Made by a program: the position numbers and the translations under genes
Assembly (NCBI GenBank): GCA_050873925.1
Contig: JBNMJR010000001.1
Location: forward strand, 1-49,067
Origin: Acetatifactor sp.
Lineage (GTDB): Bacteria; Bacillota; Clostridia; Lachnospirales; Lachnospiraceae
DNA: 49,067 nucleotides
Direction: 5' to 3'
Notes under the pieces: generated by a model
The model's input: only the letters and a program-made list of their open reading frames with translations
Databases searched by the model: none
What the model was told of the DNA's origin: nothing
Shown: in pieces, positions 35,596 through 44,369 of the stretch
Layout of the letters: each line of letters starts with the position of its first letter
How positions within the stretch are numbered: position 1 is the stretch's first letter

Positions 35596-36189
35596 TTAGA
35601 AAAGAATATTCTCCGGGCGGATCTTATCCTTCTCCGTAATGGGACGGATCACCCGGCAGGGAACGCCTGCCGCGATCACTCCCGCAGGAATATCATGGGT
35701 AACCACACTTCCGGCTCCGATCACAGATCCGGCTCCAATAGTCACACCACCGCAGACCGTGGCATTCGCTCCGATCCACACATTCTCTTCCAGTGTGATG
35801 GGTGCAGAAGTACCGATTCCCTGACTGCGCTGCTCCGGGTCAACCGCATGTCCCGAGCATGCCAGACAGACGCCGGGCGCGATAAAAGCACCTGCACCAA
35901 TATTAACGGGAGAAGTATCCAGAATGACACAGTTATAATTGATGACCGTGAGTCCGTGAGTGTGAATATTAAATCCGTAATCACAGTGAAAATCCGGCTC
36001 AATGCCCGTCATGGGATGACAGGTTCCCAGAAGCTCCTGTAAGATCTCACGCCGCTTCTGCTGCTCCCCCGGAGCTGTCCGGTTGTATTCCCAGCAAAGC
36101 TGTTTTGCCCGGTTCTGTTCCTCTCCCGGGATATTTTCATAGCCGCTGGCGTAGGCCGCGGGACGTTTCATAATGTCTATAACGTTCAT
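35596..36189 (-). CDS. Sugar O-acetyltransferase (Maa/LacA family)
   Basis: FHCDYGFNI, VWIGANATV..GVTIG.GSVIGAGSVV hexapeptide repeats, GVPCRVIR. Confidence 0.9.
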   Translation of the reverse strand: MNVIDIMKRPAAYASGYENIPGEEQNRAKQLCWEYNRTAPGEQQKRREILQELLGTCHPMTGIEPDFHCDYGFNIHTHGLTVINYNCVILDTSPVNIGAGAFIAPGVCLACSGHAVDPEQRSQGIGTSAPITLEENVWIGANATVCGGVTIGAGSVIGAGSVVTHDIPAGVIAAGVPCRVIRPITEKDKIRPENILF

Positions 36190-36210
36190 GTTTTACTATT
36201 CCATCCTTCT

Positions 36211-36486
36211 TTAGGAAATCTGGTCATTTTTTGCCATCTTTTCGCTCATTTCCCGGCTACTTATGACCGGAATAAACTCAAAATCCGTAACATCATTCCA
36301 GTTTGCAGCCCATTCCTGCAACAATTCCAGACTTTCCGCTTCATTGATCTGGTAACAGGTATTTCCATCTTCTGCTACCCAGCTGTTGACGTAACTTACA
36401 CCCTCCGGCATCATCCGCCCTTTTTCGTGAAAGCGTTTATAGACAGCCTCTTTGTCTTTATATTTTTCGATTACCATGTACAGCAT
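36211..36486 (-). CDS. DUF3303-like small protein
   Basis: YMVIE, VY.RF.EKGRMMPEG, SWV, W...W.D..DFE.IPV pattern; GGAGG RBS. Confidence 0.7.
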   Translation of the reverse strand: MLYMVIEKYKDKEAVYKRFHEKGRMMPEGVSYVNSWVAEDGNTCYQINEAESLELLQEWAANWNDVTDFEFIPVISSREMSEKMAKNDQIS

Positions 36487-36511
36487 ATTGCCTGCCTCCC
36501 TTATACCTGCG

Positions 36512-36673
36512 TCAAATTTTTCCGGCAATAATCGCCTTCACTTCTTCTATCTTCTTGTCTGTGGCAGAGGCTATCTGCTCTGCCGACAGACCATTCTTGT
36601 ACATTTTTAAAATAAGACTGTCTTCGCCTTTCGCAATCCCTTTTTCTTCAATTCCTTCGCCCAAATTGCACAT
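36512..36673 (-). CDS. 53-aa orphan Rpn/PD-(D/E)XK-transposase-like C-terminal domain (RpnS-like) protein
   Basis: MCNLGEGIEEKGIAKGEDSLILKMYKNGLSAEQIASATDKKIEEVKAIIAGKI; GAGGAAG RBS; below the ORF-track cutoff. Confidence 0.7.
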   Translation of the reverse strand: MCNLGEGIEEKGIAKGEDSLILKMYKNGLSAEQIASATDKKIEEVKAIIAGKI

Positions 36674-36757
36674 AGCACTCACTTCCTCTCAAATCCATCT
36701 GTTTCTGAAAATCTCTTACAACAGTATAACATAAAATAATAAAGGAAACGATCCCCC

Positions 36758-37519
36758 CTATTTTTTCACCCCGATCAGCAGCAGCCATCTGTGGTCAAAC
36801 ATGATCTGGTTTCCTTCGAGGTAGGGAGCAAATCCGGTTTTGGCTCCTCCGGTCAGTTCCTGATTCATGAAATCCACGATCTCTTTTTGGACATCCTCCG
36901 GGGTGTCTGTCAGGTTCATCCAGCTGTTCAGATTGACCGGCACCAGCGTGGTCTCCTCGCATTGCAGGAGAAAATTCTTCTGAAACAGTTTTTCAAACTC
37001 TTCCCTGCTGAGGATTCTGGTGTGGGACGGGTCGCGCATTCTTTCGATCTTATCGTCGATGTCCCGGAGTGCTTCTTCGGTGGCTTCCATATCCCAGACG
37101 ACCAGTTTTCCACCCTTTTTCAGAACTCTCTGCATTTCCCGGAAGGTTTTTTCCGGATCTGTAAAATGATGCAGGGAAAGTCTCGTGATCACCAGATCAA
37201 AGGTTTCTGACTCGTAGGGCAGTTCTTCGGCATTGCCTGTCTGAAAAGAAATATTTTTTATCCCGCTTTCCTCCGCCAGTTTTTTCCCCTGTGCCAGCAT
37301 TTCTTCGGTCAGATCCAGACAGATGATGTCCTTCACATAAGGAGCCAGTGCCCGGCCACAGATGCAGGTTCCGGCCGCCACCTCCAACGCATGTTCCTTG
37401 CCGTTTGCCCCGATTCTCTGGATCAGATAATCGGTATATTCCGCCTTTGACATATGATAGGCAGCAAATTTTTCCGCCTGTATTTTAAATGATTGTTTCA
37501 CGGTATCATTATGATTCAT
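36758..37519 (-). CDS. Class I SAM-dependent methyltransferase (UbiE-like)
   Basis: LEVAAGTC motif I, GNAEELPY..FDLV, LHHF.DP, RVLKKGG, RDPSH. Confidence 0.85.
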   Translation of the reverse strand: MNHNDTVKQSFKIQAEKFAAYHMSKAEYTDYLIQRIGANGKEHALEVAAGTCICGRALAPYVKDIICLDLTEEMLAQGKKLAEESGIKNISFQTGNAEELPYESETFDLVITRLSLHHFTDPEKTFREMQRVLKKGGKLVVWDMEATEEALRDIDDKIERMRDPSHTRILSREEFEKLFQKNFLLQCEETTLVPVNLNSWMNLTDTPEDVQKEIVDFMNQELTGGAKTGFAPYLEGNQIMFDHRWLLLIGVKK

Positions 37520-37567
37520 GATTATGTACCCCCTCTTACACCCCTGTAAGCCCAGTTCCAACCGGAC

Positions 37568-38770
37568 TTATCCCCGAAAACAGTCCTCAACCTGCTTCAC
37601 GATTGTCGCATCCAGCCAGCCTTTATTCGCCATATCCCACAGGATCTCACAGGCTTTTTCGTGAGACATGCCCTGTTTGTAGGGACGGCTTTCGGTCAAT
37701 GCCTGATAGATGTCTATGCAGGCCATCATGCGTTCCTGCGTGTTCAGTTCCGCGGCGGTCTTGCCAAAGGGATAGCCGGTTCCGTCCAGCCGCTCATGAT
37801 GAAATGCTGCCCAGTCGCGAATCTCGTCAAAGTCATCAATGCCGGACAGAATATAATAGGTATATGCCGCATGATGCTTCATCACGGCAAATTCATCCTC
37901 CGTAAGTCTACCCGGCTTCTCCAGGATCTCATTGCCCACCGCCACTTTACCAATGTCGTGCAGCGCACCCGCAAGATACATTTTCTGCACGGTTTCTTCA
38001 TCAAATCCCATATAGCGGCTCAACTGCTCCGCATCCTCCGCCACACCGATGGAATGGGTGCTGGTAAAAGGAGATTTATAATCGACGATCTGTGCAAAAA
38101 AGCGGGCCAGTTCTTTGATCTGTGCGAAACTTAACTCCTGTTTGATACGGGGAATTTTTTCCCACAGACTTTTCTCAAAGCCATCCTCTCCCAGCGTCAC
38201 AAAATGGGACTGGGAAAATGCCTGCAGGAAAGCATCCACACATGCTTTGTCCACAGTGGTTCCTTCATTTTTGTGAAGATATCCACAAACTTCATGGAAA
38301 GTGTCCTCCGTAAATCCCTTTGCACCATATGCCCGGTCCAGTAGATCGCTCAAGTGAATCATCCGTGAAAAAAGCGGAACCTCTTCCCATGTTTTTCCAA
38401 AAGGGCCGCTTCCATTGGCATTTTCATGGTGATACAGAATTACATTCTTCACATCGGTATGAAAAGGAAGGTTCTGTATATTTTTTTCACCCAGGGAACA
38501 ATGAATGCCTACCCGGGGAGTCTGCGGAACGTTTGCAATCTCCTTATGTAGTTCTTCCTGAATATACTGGGTCAGCGCATTATCATGCAGCAAGGCACAT
38601 GCCGCCAGATCCTGCAGGCTCTCGCCGTGGATTCCCATCTGTTCTGCCATGCAGACACTCATATATGCCACTCGCTTGGCATGTTTACTGGACACATGCA
38701 CCAGTTCTGCCTCCACGCAGTCCAACGCATACGAACAGGCCGCCAGTAATCCTAATACATCCAATACCAT
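37568..38770 (-). CDS. Tandem HD / HD-GYP cyclic dinucleotide phosphodiesterase
   Basis: N-domain LLHDNA...YHHENANGSGPFG; C-domain LHDIGK...HHERLDGTGYP...DIYQAL..RPYK. Confidence 0.87.
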   Translation of the reverse strand: MVLDVLGLLAACSYALDCVEAELVHVSSKHAKRVAYMSVCMAEQMGIHGESLQDLAACALLHDNALTQYIQEELHKEIANVPQTPRVGIHCSLGEKNIQNLPFHTDVKNVILYHHENANGSGPFGKTWEEVPLFSRMIHLSDLLDRAYGAKGFTEDTFHEVCGYLHKNEGTTVDKACVDAFLQAFSQSHFVTLGEDGFEKSLWEKIPRIKQELSFAQIKELARFFAQIVDYKSPFTSTHSIGVAEDAEQLSRYMGFDEETVQKMYLAGALHDIGKVAVGNEILEKPGRLTEDEFAVMKHHAAYTYYILSGIDDFDEIRDWAAFHHERLDGTGYPFGKTAAELNTQERMMACIDIYQALTESRPYKQGMSHEKACEILWDMANKGWLDATIVKQVEDCFRG

Positions 38771-39363
38771 TATTTCTTCTCCACTACTCTTTTGTTATAT
38801 TCCTCTTCCAGTCCCCATCGCTTACAGTTCTCTGCCAGTTCCGCCAGAGAATATCGGAGATAGTCCATGGGCTGTTCCTTGGTGATCTCCACGGCAAAGC
38901 GAAGGTTTTTATAGGTATTCTTCATTCCCCAGATGACATCATCCCAGGGTGTTCCTTCGGGGATTCCCTTTACACTTTCATCCGCATAGACCACATTTTT
39001 GGCTCCCGCCTGATAGAGAAGGTCAAAATAGGCTTTCATTTCCACTTCGTTCAGTTTCTCATGAATAAAAATAAGTCCCTCTCCGTATCCCGTAAAAGAA
39101 GACTTGCCCAGATATCGACACAGCATCTGCTTTAACATCTTTTCCGCACAGGTATAGTCGCTGACTCTTCCCAATACGATCGGAGAAAAACCAATAGAAT
39201 GAGCCGGAAGAGTGTAAAGCATGTCCTCACACTCTTTTCCGGCTTTTATTATTTTCCCGGTTTTTTCAAAAATAATCAGGGATTTCTCATCATATTTTAC
39301 TTTTTTCTTATAATCATAGATCTTAATATCTGCACAAAGTTCTGAAGGGTTAAACTTTTCCAT
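38770..39363 (-). CDS. Truncated, degenerate MreB-like protein
   Basis: DEKSLI..GKIIKAGKE..SPIVLGRVSDY..AEKML..AGAKNV aligns by eye with MreB domain I; only 197 aa. Confidence 0.6.
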   Translation of the reverse strand: MEKFNPSELCADIKIYDYKKKVKYDEKSLIIFEKTGKIIKAGKECEDMLYTLPAHSIGFSPIVLGRVSDYTCAEKMLKQMLCRYLGKSSFTGYGEGLIFIHEKLNEVEMKAYFDLLYQAGAKNVVYADESVKGIPEGTPWDDVIWGMKNTYKNLRFAVEITKEQPMDYLRYSLAELAENCKRWGLEEEYNKRVVEKK

Positions 39364-39431
39364 CCCGGTACCTCCGTCCGTTTCTGGAAATAAGTATACC
39401 TCTTCTGCCCTGCCAGTTCAATCCGGTTCTT

Positions 39432-40244
39432 TTACCGGGGAATCCGGATCTCGTTTGCAAAGAAATTCGTTCGATAGAGATAGCACAGTTCCGTATCCGT
39501 GATGTAAAAACCGTAGTCGGCGTTAAAATTTTCTTCGTTCTCCTCTTCGATAGCGCCTACTGCCCGGATCTCGTCCCAGGTCTTCCCCAGGACCTCTTCC
39601 GGGGTGACTTCTTCGCCAGTGGCAACGGAAATCGTCACGGGTACGTAATAAGACAATGGATGGGCTGCTCCCGCATAATAGACCGTGTCATTAAAGTGCA
39701 GACTGACATACTCGTCATCTGCAAAAGTAATGCCGTTGAATACCAGATAATTGTCATCGTACCGCTGCCCCTCGGACAGGGTCTCGTCAAATAATTCATA
39801 TGCCCCGGAGTGGTTCTCCCCTTCCTCCTCATACTGAGCTCTGTATTCCGCATACATCTGCTGCAGATAATCGTTCACCTTGGCATATTTGTCATCGGCA
39901 AAATAAAACTCATCCATTTCGTAGTAATAAGTCTTTTTCTCATCGTCATTGTAGAATTCTTTTACCGTGTTGGAACATTCGCCATAATCTTCCCAGGGAA
40001 GCCACGCATCCTCATCTTCATAGGACGGACCTGTCGTGGATGCCGTAGTATCGGAATTTGTCTCTGTGGATGCTGTCGCTTCCGTAGATGTGTTGGTCTC
40101 CAAAGTGTTCTCTTCCGCTGTTGCAGACTCTGCGAATGCGATGGCATCCGACGTGCTCTCTCCCGCCGGATCACTCCCCTGTGATCCGCAGGCTGACAGC
40201 CCCAGTGCCACAACTCCTGTGATAAAAATTAATTTGCCCCTCAT
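39432..40244 (-). CDS. Acidic lipoprotein (possibly RsiV/DUF4163-like fold)
   Basis: LSAC lipobox, Ser/Thr/Glu linker, YVSL, GAAHP, TGE.VT..EV pattern. Confidence 0.7.
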   Translation of the reverse strand: MRGKLIFITGVVALGLSACGSQGSDPAGESTSDAIAFAESATAEENTLETNTSTEATASTETNSDTTASTTGPSYEDEDAWLPWEDYGECSNTVKEFYNDDEKKTYYYEMDEFYFADDKYAKVNDYLQQMYAEYRAQYEEEGENHSGAYELFDETLSEGQRYDDNYLVFNGITFADDEYVSLHFNDTVYYAGAAHPLSYYVPVTISVATGEEVTPEEVLGKTWDEIRAVGAIEEENEENFNADYGFYITDTELCYLYRTNFFANEIRIPR

Positions 40245-40329
40245 TTTGTATCTCTCCTTATGTATTTTTATTGTAACCGAACGCTTTCCCCCGTCCATTA
40301 CAAGCGTAAGCTTAACATACTATAGCATC

Positions 40330-40352
40330 ATAGTTGCATCATGTGCAACTAT
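40330..40352. promoter_or_regulatory. Perfect palindromic operator upstream of the lipoprotein
   Basis: ATAGTTGCA-N5-TGCAACTAT. Confidence 0.55.
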
Positions 40353-40364
40353 TTACATGGCGAA

Positions 40365-40419
40365 ATCCCCCCATTCGCAAAAGGAAAGCTCTGAGAGAAC
40401 AGTTTTGCAAATGGGGGAT
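40365..40419. terminator. Long stem-loop downstream of the DUF6688-like gene
   Basis: ATCCCCCCATTCGCAAAA ... TTTTGCAAATGGGGGAT. Confidence 0.55.
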
Positions 40420-40425
40420 GAATAG

Positions 40426-41730
40426 TTATCTATATAATTCTTCCACCTGCGCCGCTGTCCTGCCGGTGTACTGCACGGCAATGCGGTTCTCGGGATGCGC
40501 GTCTGTCAGATACAGCACACACAGGAAGATCCATTCCAAAGGTTTCATGATAAAATACACCAGATCCGCTGTATATTTACTGTGAATCAGCCTCGCCACA
40601 GGGTACCCGTAAGTATCATAAAAATTCCGCAGCGCCCGGTGGAATCCGGGAGTTCGTTCCTCCAGCACCTGTTCAAAAGCATTGGCAATACATAACTGAC
40701 GGTTCACAATGACTTCATGTCCGTGCCGTCTCCCCAGGCGGATAGGCTTTACAATCTTTTCATGACCGCCTGCTGCCACCGTACAAAGATAATGCTCGTC
40801 ACGTATAACATTCTGCGGTGCCTGTCTGAGAGACAGATTCCAGTCGCTGGTCTCCGTGAATGCTTTGATGACGGAATCCGGCGCCTGTCCGAACAGCATG
40901 AGAATCACGATCAGGATCCCCAGAAGCGGGAACATCAATACCAGTCCCAGCACGGGCCACCATGCCGCCTTCCGCAGAATGCCATCACACCGGCGCAATA
41001 CCGGATTTCGCAGAATTTTTTCCGTTCCGAAGCGTTCTTCCTCCGCATTCTGCACCATGTAATTCCATTCCTGTATCTTGGCAAGGAGAAGCCTTGCAAC
41101 AATGAGGATACAACAAATCGGCAGTATTAACAGATAGAGATCAAAAAAATCATCCGGTTGGTAGGTCTGCACCGTGAACAGGAGTAATTCTATCACTCCC
41201 AGATACATTGCCGAGATCGACAGTACCGTCACTAATGGCGGAAGTTTGCGAAGCGGAATATATTGCAGGATTCCATAACCGATCAGACCGAGGAACCACA
41301 CCACTATTACCGTTGCTGCCGCACCGGTGTAGATGGGCGTATGCTTCTCCATATTTGACAACTGTACTTCCCAGTCATAAGACGTCATATTCCCCAAAAG
41401 CCCCAGATAAAGTATCTCACAGGCAGGACCCAGGCCGAACACATACAGATCCACCAGCCAGGTTCCCTGCATCGGGCGCCGTCTTTTCACACCTATGAGG
41501 CCGATCACCTCGCAGATTGCCAATGCAACAGGAAATACCATCACGCTTCCAATAACAAAATTCCATAGTAAAATACTGTATATCATTGCTACCAGTTCTC
41601 TGCCTGACAGGCTTCCCGCAACCATCAGCATGGAAAAGGACACGGGCAGTGCCGCAACCACCGAGAGCAGCCATGCGAGCAGCACCGGATGCTTTTTGTA
41701 AAATCTTATTTTTTCCGCATCATTTTCCAT
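40426..41730 (-). CDS. DUF6688-like polytopic membrane protein
   Basis: About 7 TMs, then FTETSDW.LS, HYLCTVAAGGH, VNRQLCIANAFE, YD.YGYP, MKPLEW, PENRIA.QY. Confidence 0.75.
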   Translation of the reverse strand: MENDAEKIRFYKKHPVLLAWLLSVVAALPVSFSMLMVAGSLSGRELVAMIYSILLWNFVIGSVMVFPVALAICEVIGLIGVKRRRPMQGTWLVDLYVFGLGPACEILYLGLLGNMTSYDWEVQLSNMEKHTPIYTGAAATVIVVWFLGLIGYGILQYIPLRKLPPLVTVLSISAMYLGVIELLLFTVQTYQPDDFFDLYLLILPICCILIVARLLLAKIQEWNYMVQNAEEERFGTEKILRNPVLRRCDGILRKAAWWPVLGLVLMFPLLGILIVILMLFGQAPDSVIKAFTETSDWNLSLRQAPQNVIRDEHYLCTVAAGGHEKIVKPIRLGRRHGHEVIVNRQLCIANAFEQVLEERTPGFHRALRNFYDTYGYPVARLIHSKYTADLVYFIMKPLEWIFLCVLYLTDAHPENRIAVQYTGRTAAQVEELYR

Positions 41731-43402
41731 AAATTCTGCCCTCGATCTGTCGTAATGCCATATATCTGGAAATATTGAATGTCCGTGGAGACAACCGTTC
41801 CAGCCGTCCCTTAATATGCTGCAGGTAATAATAACCGAATCCCTTCCGCTGATAACTGCCCCACCACTGAGGCTGCGTATCTTCCCTCATAATATCTGTG
41901 GGGCTCTCCAGTTCATAGGCGCCGAAATCATACCCAAGACTCTCCATGTAGGGAATCATGACCGGTGCCGCGTCCGCACTGAGATCACTCAGATAAGAGA
42001 AGTCATTGTATTCCGATCCCCGGAAAAACGGTCCGGCAAAAAAGTCATCACCGTAATCCTGTGCCACGGATTCTTCCCAGCCGGTACCGTCCGCTCCGGG
42101 CGCATTGGCAATGTTCACCCGGGCAATGATATAGTCGGGGTGACTGAAGGACAATGCCAGATACAGAACTGTCACTATTACAACCCCGTAACGGAACAGC
42201 GGGAAGTTTTCCCGGTAAATGTTGATCAGCACACCGATAAACATGACGAATAATACCACCAGCATCCACAATACAAAGATTCGCAGGAATGTCAGATAAT
42301 AATACCGGATATAAATGATCATACGCATCACACTGGACGCGATCATGACAAAGGTGCATAATGACATAATTGTCATAATCGCTTTCAGCACCTTGCTCTC
42401 CTTGAAAAAGCTGAGGCACACCAGGACCAGAATCAGGTTTAGGATGCTGACTGCCAGTAACTGGAAGAAGCCCTCTCTTGCGTACTGTGCATAGGTATAA
42501 CCGTCAGGCAGTTGCATTTTTCCCAAAAACAATCCGAAGATCTGGATACCGGAAAACAGCAGATATAAAAGTGACAGTAGTGACATAATTGTAATCGCCA
42601 GTACCGGCTCGCCCTTTCTGTGATCCTTTACTTCCTCCGGGATACTTCTCTTGCACAGGTAGGATGTCAGTGCATAGGATGCAAAGAACAGAAACGTTAC
42701 CCGGATGACCACATTGAATATGTTGCCCGGACGGATCCAGTTCATGAAATCCATTGTCATCTTGCGGAACACCGCGTCAGCGGAGCTTAACAGTCCGGCG
42801 GCGATGAGCAGAATAGGAAGTGCGATCACTGCTCCCAGCAGTCCGTACCATACTTTTTTGTTGATCTTTCCCTTTTGCTGAAAATAGGCTTTTCCATGGG
42901 AGAAAGGTCTGCCGAGTTCCCCGAAGCTCATAATTACCAGTTGGCAGATGCTTCCCACATATTTTCCCAGATTCCACTTTTTGGTATCAAAATATTGATT
43001 CAACAGCAGACACATTACCAGCAAGAAGACCGCCAGCTTATTCAGGCTGATGATCGCCCATCCGTCCGTGCAGAAGGTGGATACCCCCAGCAGCAGAATG
43101 CTGATCATGTAAAAGGCGCTTCCTTTTTTCAAGGTAATCTCCAGTTTTGACAGTGAGAAGACAAAATACAGTAAAGTGCCTGCGAGAAAAAAAGGGAAGG
43201 TGATTCCCGATCCGTTATGGAACATGCAAAATGCATAGAACACGGCATAGAGAAAAGTCACCGGTCCGAAGAAATTAAAATGTTCCTTCATGCGCTTTGT
43301 CTCCGCAGTCTCTGTCTTTTCCACCACCCGGACTACATTCTGCCCGGATATCTGACCCTGATTCACTGAAGTTGTTTCCTGTACTACTGTATTTTCCTGC
43401 AT
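41720..43402 (-). CDS. DUF4153/DUF4173-like polytopic membrane protein
   Basis: LL.SADAVF, YAQYAREGFFQL, RM..YI.YY.LT.LR, YL..LSADA motifs. Confidence 0.8.
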   Translation of the reverse strand: MQENTVVQETTSVNQGQISGQNVVRVVEKTETAETKRMKEHFNFFGPVTFLYAVFYAFCMFHNGSGITFPFFLAGTLLYFVFSLSKLEITLKKGSAFYMISILLLGVSTFCTDGWAIISLNKLAVFLLVMCLLLNQYFDTKKWNLGKYVGSICQLVIMSFGELGRPFSHGKAYFQQKGKINKKVWYGLLGAVIALPILLIAAGLLSSADAVFRKMTMDFMNWIRPGNIFNVVIRVTFLFFASYALTSYLCKRSIPEEVKDHRKGEPVLAITIMSLLSLLYLLFSGIQIFGLFLGKMQLPDGYTYAQYAREGFFQLLAVSILNLILVLVCLSFFKESKVLKAIMTIMSLCTFVMIASSVMRMIIYIRYYYLTFLRIFVLWMLVVLFVMFIGVLINIYRENFPLFRYGVVIVTVLYLALSFSHPDYIIARVNIANAPGADGTGWEESVAQDYGDDFFAGPFFRGSEYNDFSYLSDLSADAAPVMIPYMESLGYDFGAYELESPTDIMREDTQPQWWGSYQRKGFGYYYLQHIKGRLERLSPRTFNISRYMALRQIEGRIYGK

Positions 43403-43424
43403 TATGATTTCCCCCTCTCAGGCT

Positions 43425-43652
43425 TTACTTGTTTTCCTCTTCTTTTTCATCTTCTACATACTCTAAGATGTCTCCCGGCTGGCAATGCAACACCTCACAG
43501 ATGGATTCCAGTGTGGAGAAACGTATGGCTTTCGCCTTATTATTTTTCAGGATGGACAAATTGGCCTGGGTCAGATCCACCTGATTCGCCAGTTCCGTCA
43601 GACTGATCTTCCGTTTTGCCATCATTACATCCAGATTTACAATGATTCCCAT
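43425..43652 (-). CDS. XRE/Cro HTH regulator (YozG-like)
   Basis: LDVMMAKRK.SLTELA..ANLSILKN.KAKAIRFSTL..IC..L.CQPGDILE. Confidence 0.92.
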   Translation of the reverse strand: MGIIVNLDVMMAKRKISLTELANQVDLTQANLSILKNNKAKAIRFSTLESICEVLHCQPGDILEYVEDEKEEENK

Positions 43653-43676
43653 AATTGCTGCCTTTCTGTTTCCTGT

Positions 43677-44162
43677 CTAAATGGTTAAGTCGTTTTCTTC
43701 CTTGTAGCGTACGGCTTCTTCAAATACCATGGCCAGCACTTTGCTGAACATGCCCGCAATGATGAATACCAGAATGATCACCAGCATGGCGATGGTCAGA
43801 TACACCACGCATCTTACGGCGCTCATGGCCGCTATGAAGAAACTCAGGTCTCCCATTCTTCGAAGGCTCGCCACATTTTCCGGTACAAAGCAGTTCTCGT
43901 TAAGCACTGTGCGGAACATCTTCCGCAGTTCATTGACCAACAACAACGCCAGCACTCCCAGAATCGCAAATATGATCACCGCCGGAAGATAATGCTCCTC
44001 CACTGCCTCCAGATACTTTCCTATGTATTTGAGGCTGAGCGGCAGACTTACCGTCACCAGAATCCCACCATAGAACATGAAATCCAACAGGTACTTCGTC
44101 CCCTTCGCCAGTGAAAACTTCTTCTCCCGTAACTCCTTTTCCGACAACTCTCTCTTCTCCAT
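43677..44162 (-). CDS. DUF2975 (YoaS-like) membrane protein
   Basis: F..ENV.SL and C-terminal VLA.VFEEAV.YKEENDLTI. Confidence 0.88.
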   Translation of the reverse strand: MEKRELSEKELREKKFSLAKGTKYLLDFMFYGGILVTVSLPLSLKYIGKYLEAVEEHYLPAVIIFAILGVLALLLVNELRKMFRTVLNENCFVPENVASLRRMGDLSFFIAAMSAVRCVVYLTIAMLVIILVFIIAGMFSKVLAMVFEEAVRYKEENDLTI

Positions 44163-44195
44163 AAATGAATTACCTCTTTCCTTCTTGGTAGCTTT

Positions 44196-44250
44196 AAAAT
44201 ATCACTCTATTGTACGAATGTCAATATATATTTATTGATATTCGATAAAT
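44196..44250 (-). promoter_or_regulatory. Promoter plus upstream palindrome of the DUF2975 operon
   Basis: TTGACA(44224-44219)-17 nt-TATTTT; ATTTATTG-N5-CGATAAAT at 44230-44250. Confidence 0.55.
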
Positions 44251-44291
44251 TTATATTGAATCTCATATATTCACGAAACTCTAAAGCCAAT

Positions 44292-44330
44292 AAAAAAGCT
44301 TCGGGTCCTTATCCGTGCCCGAAGCTTTTT
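44292..44330 (-). terminator. Rho-independent terminator of the GH28 gene
   Basis: AAAAAAGCTTCGGG...CCCGAAGCTTTTT. Confidence 0.85.
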
Positions 44331-44369
44331 CTGTATTCCCTATAGAACTTTATTTTTCAAACTTCTCTT

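Noticed and set aside
34700-40300. Integron-like cassette array
   Set aside because: No recurring attC-like repeat between genes and no integrase
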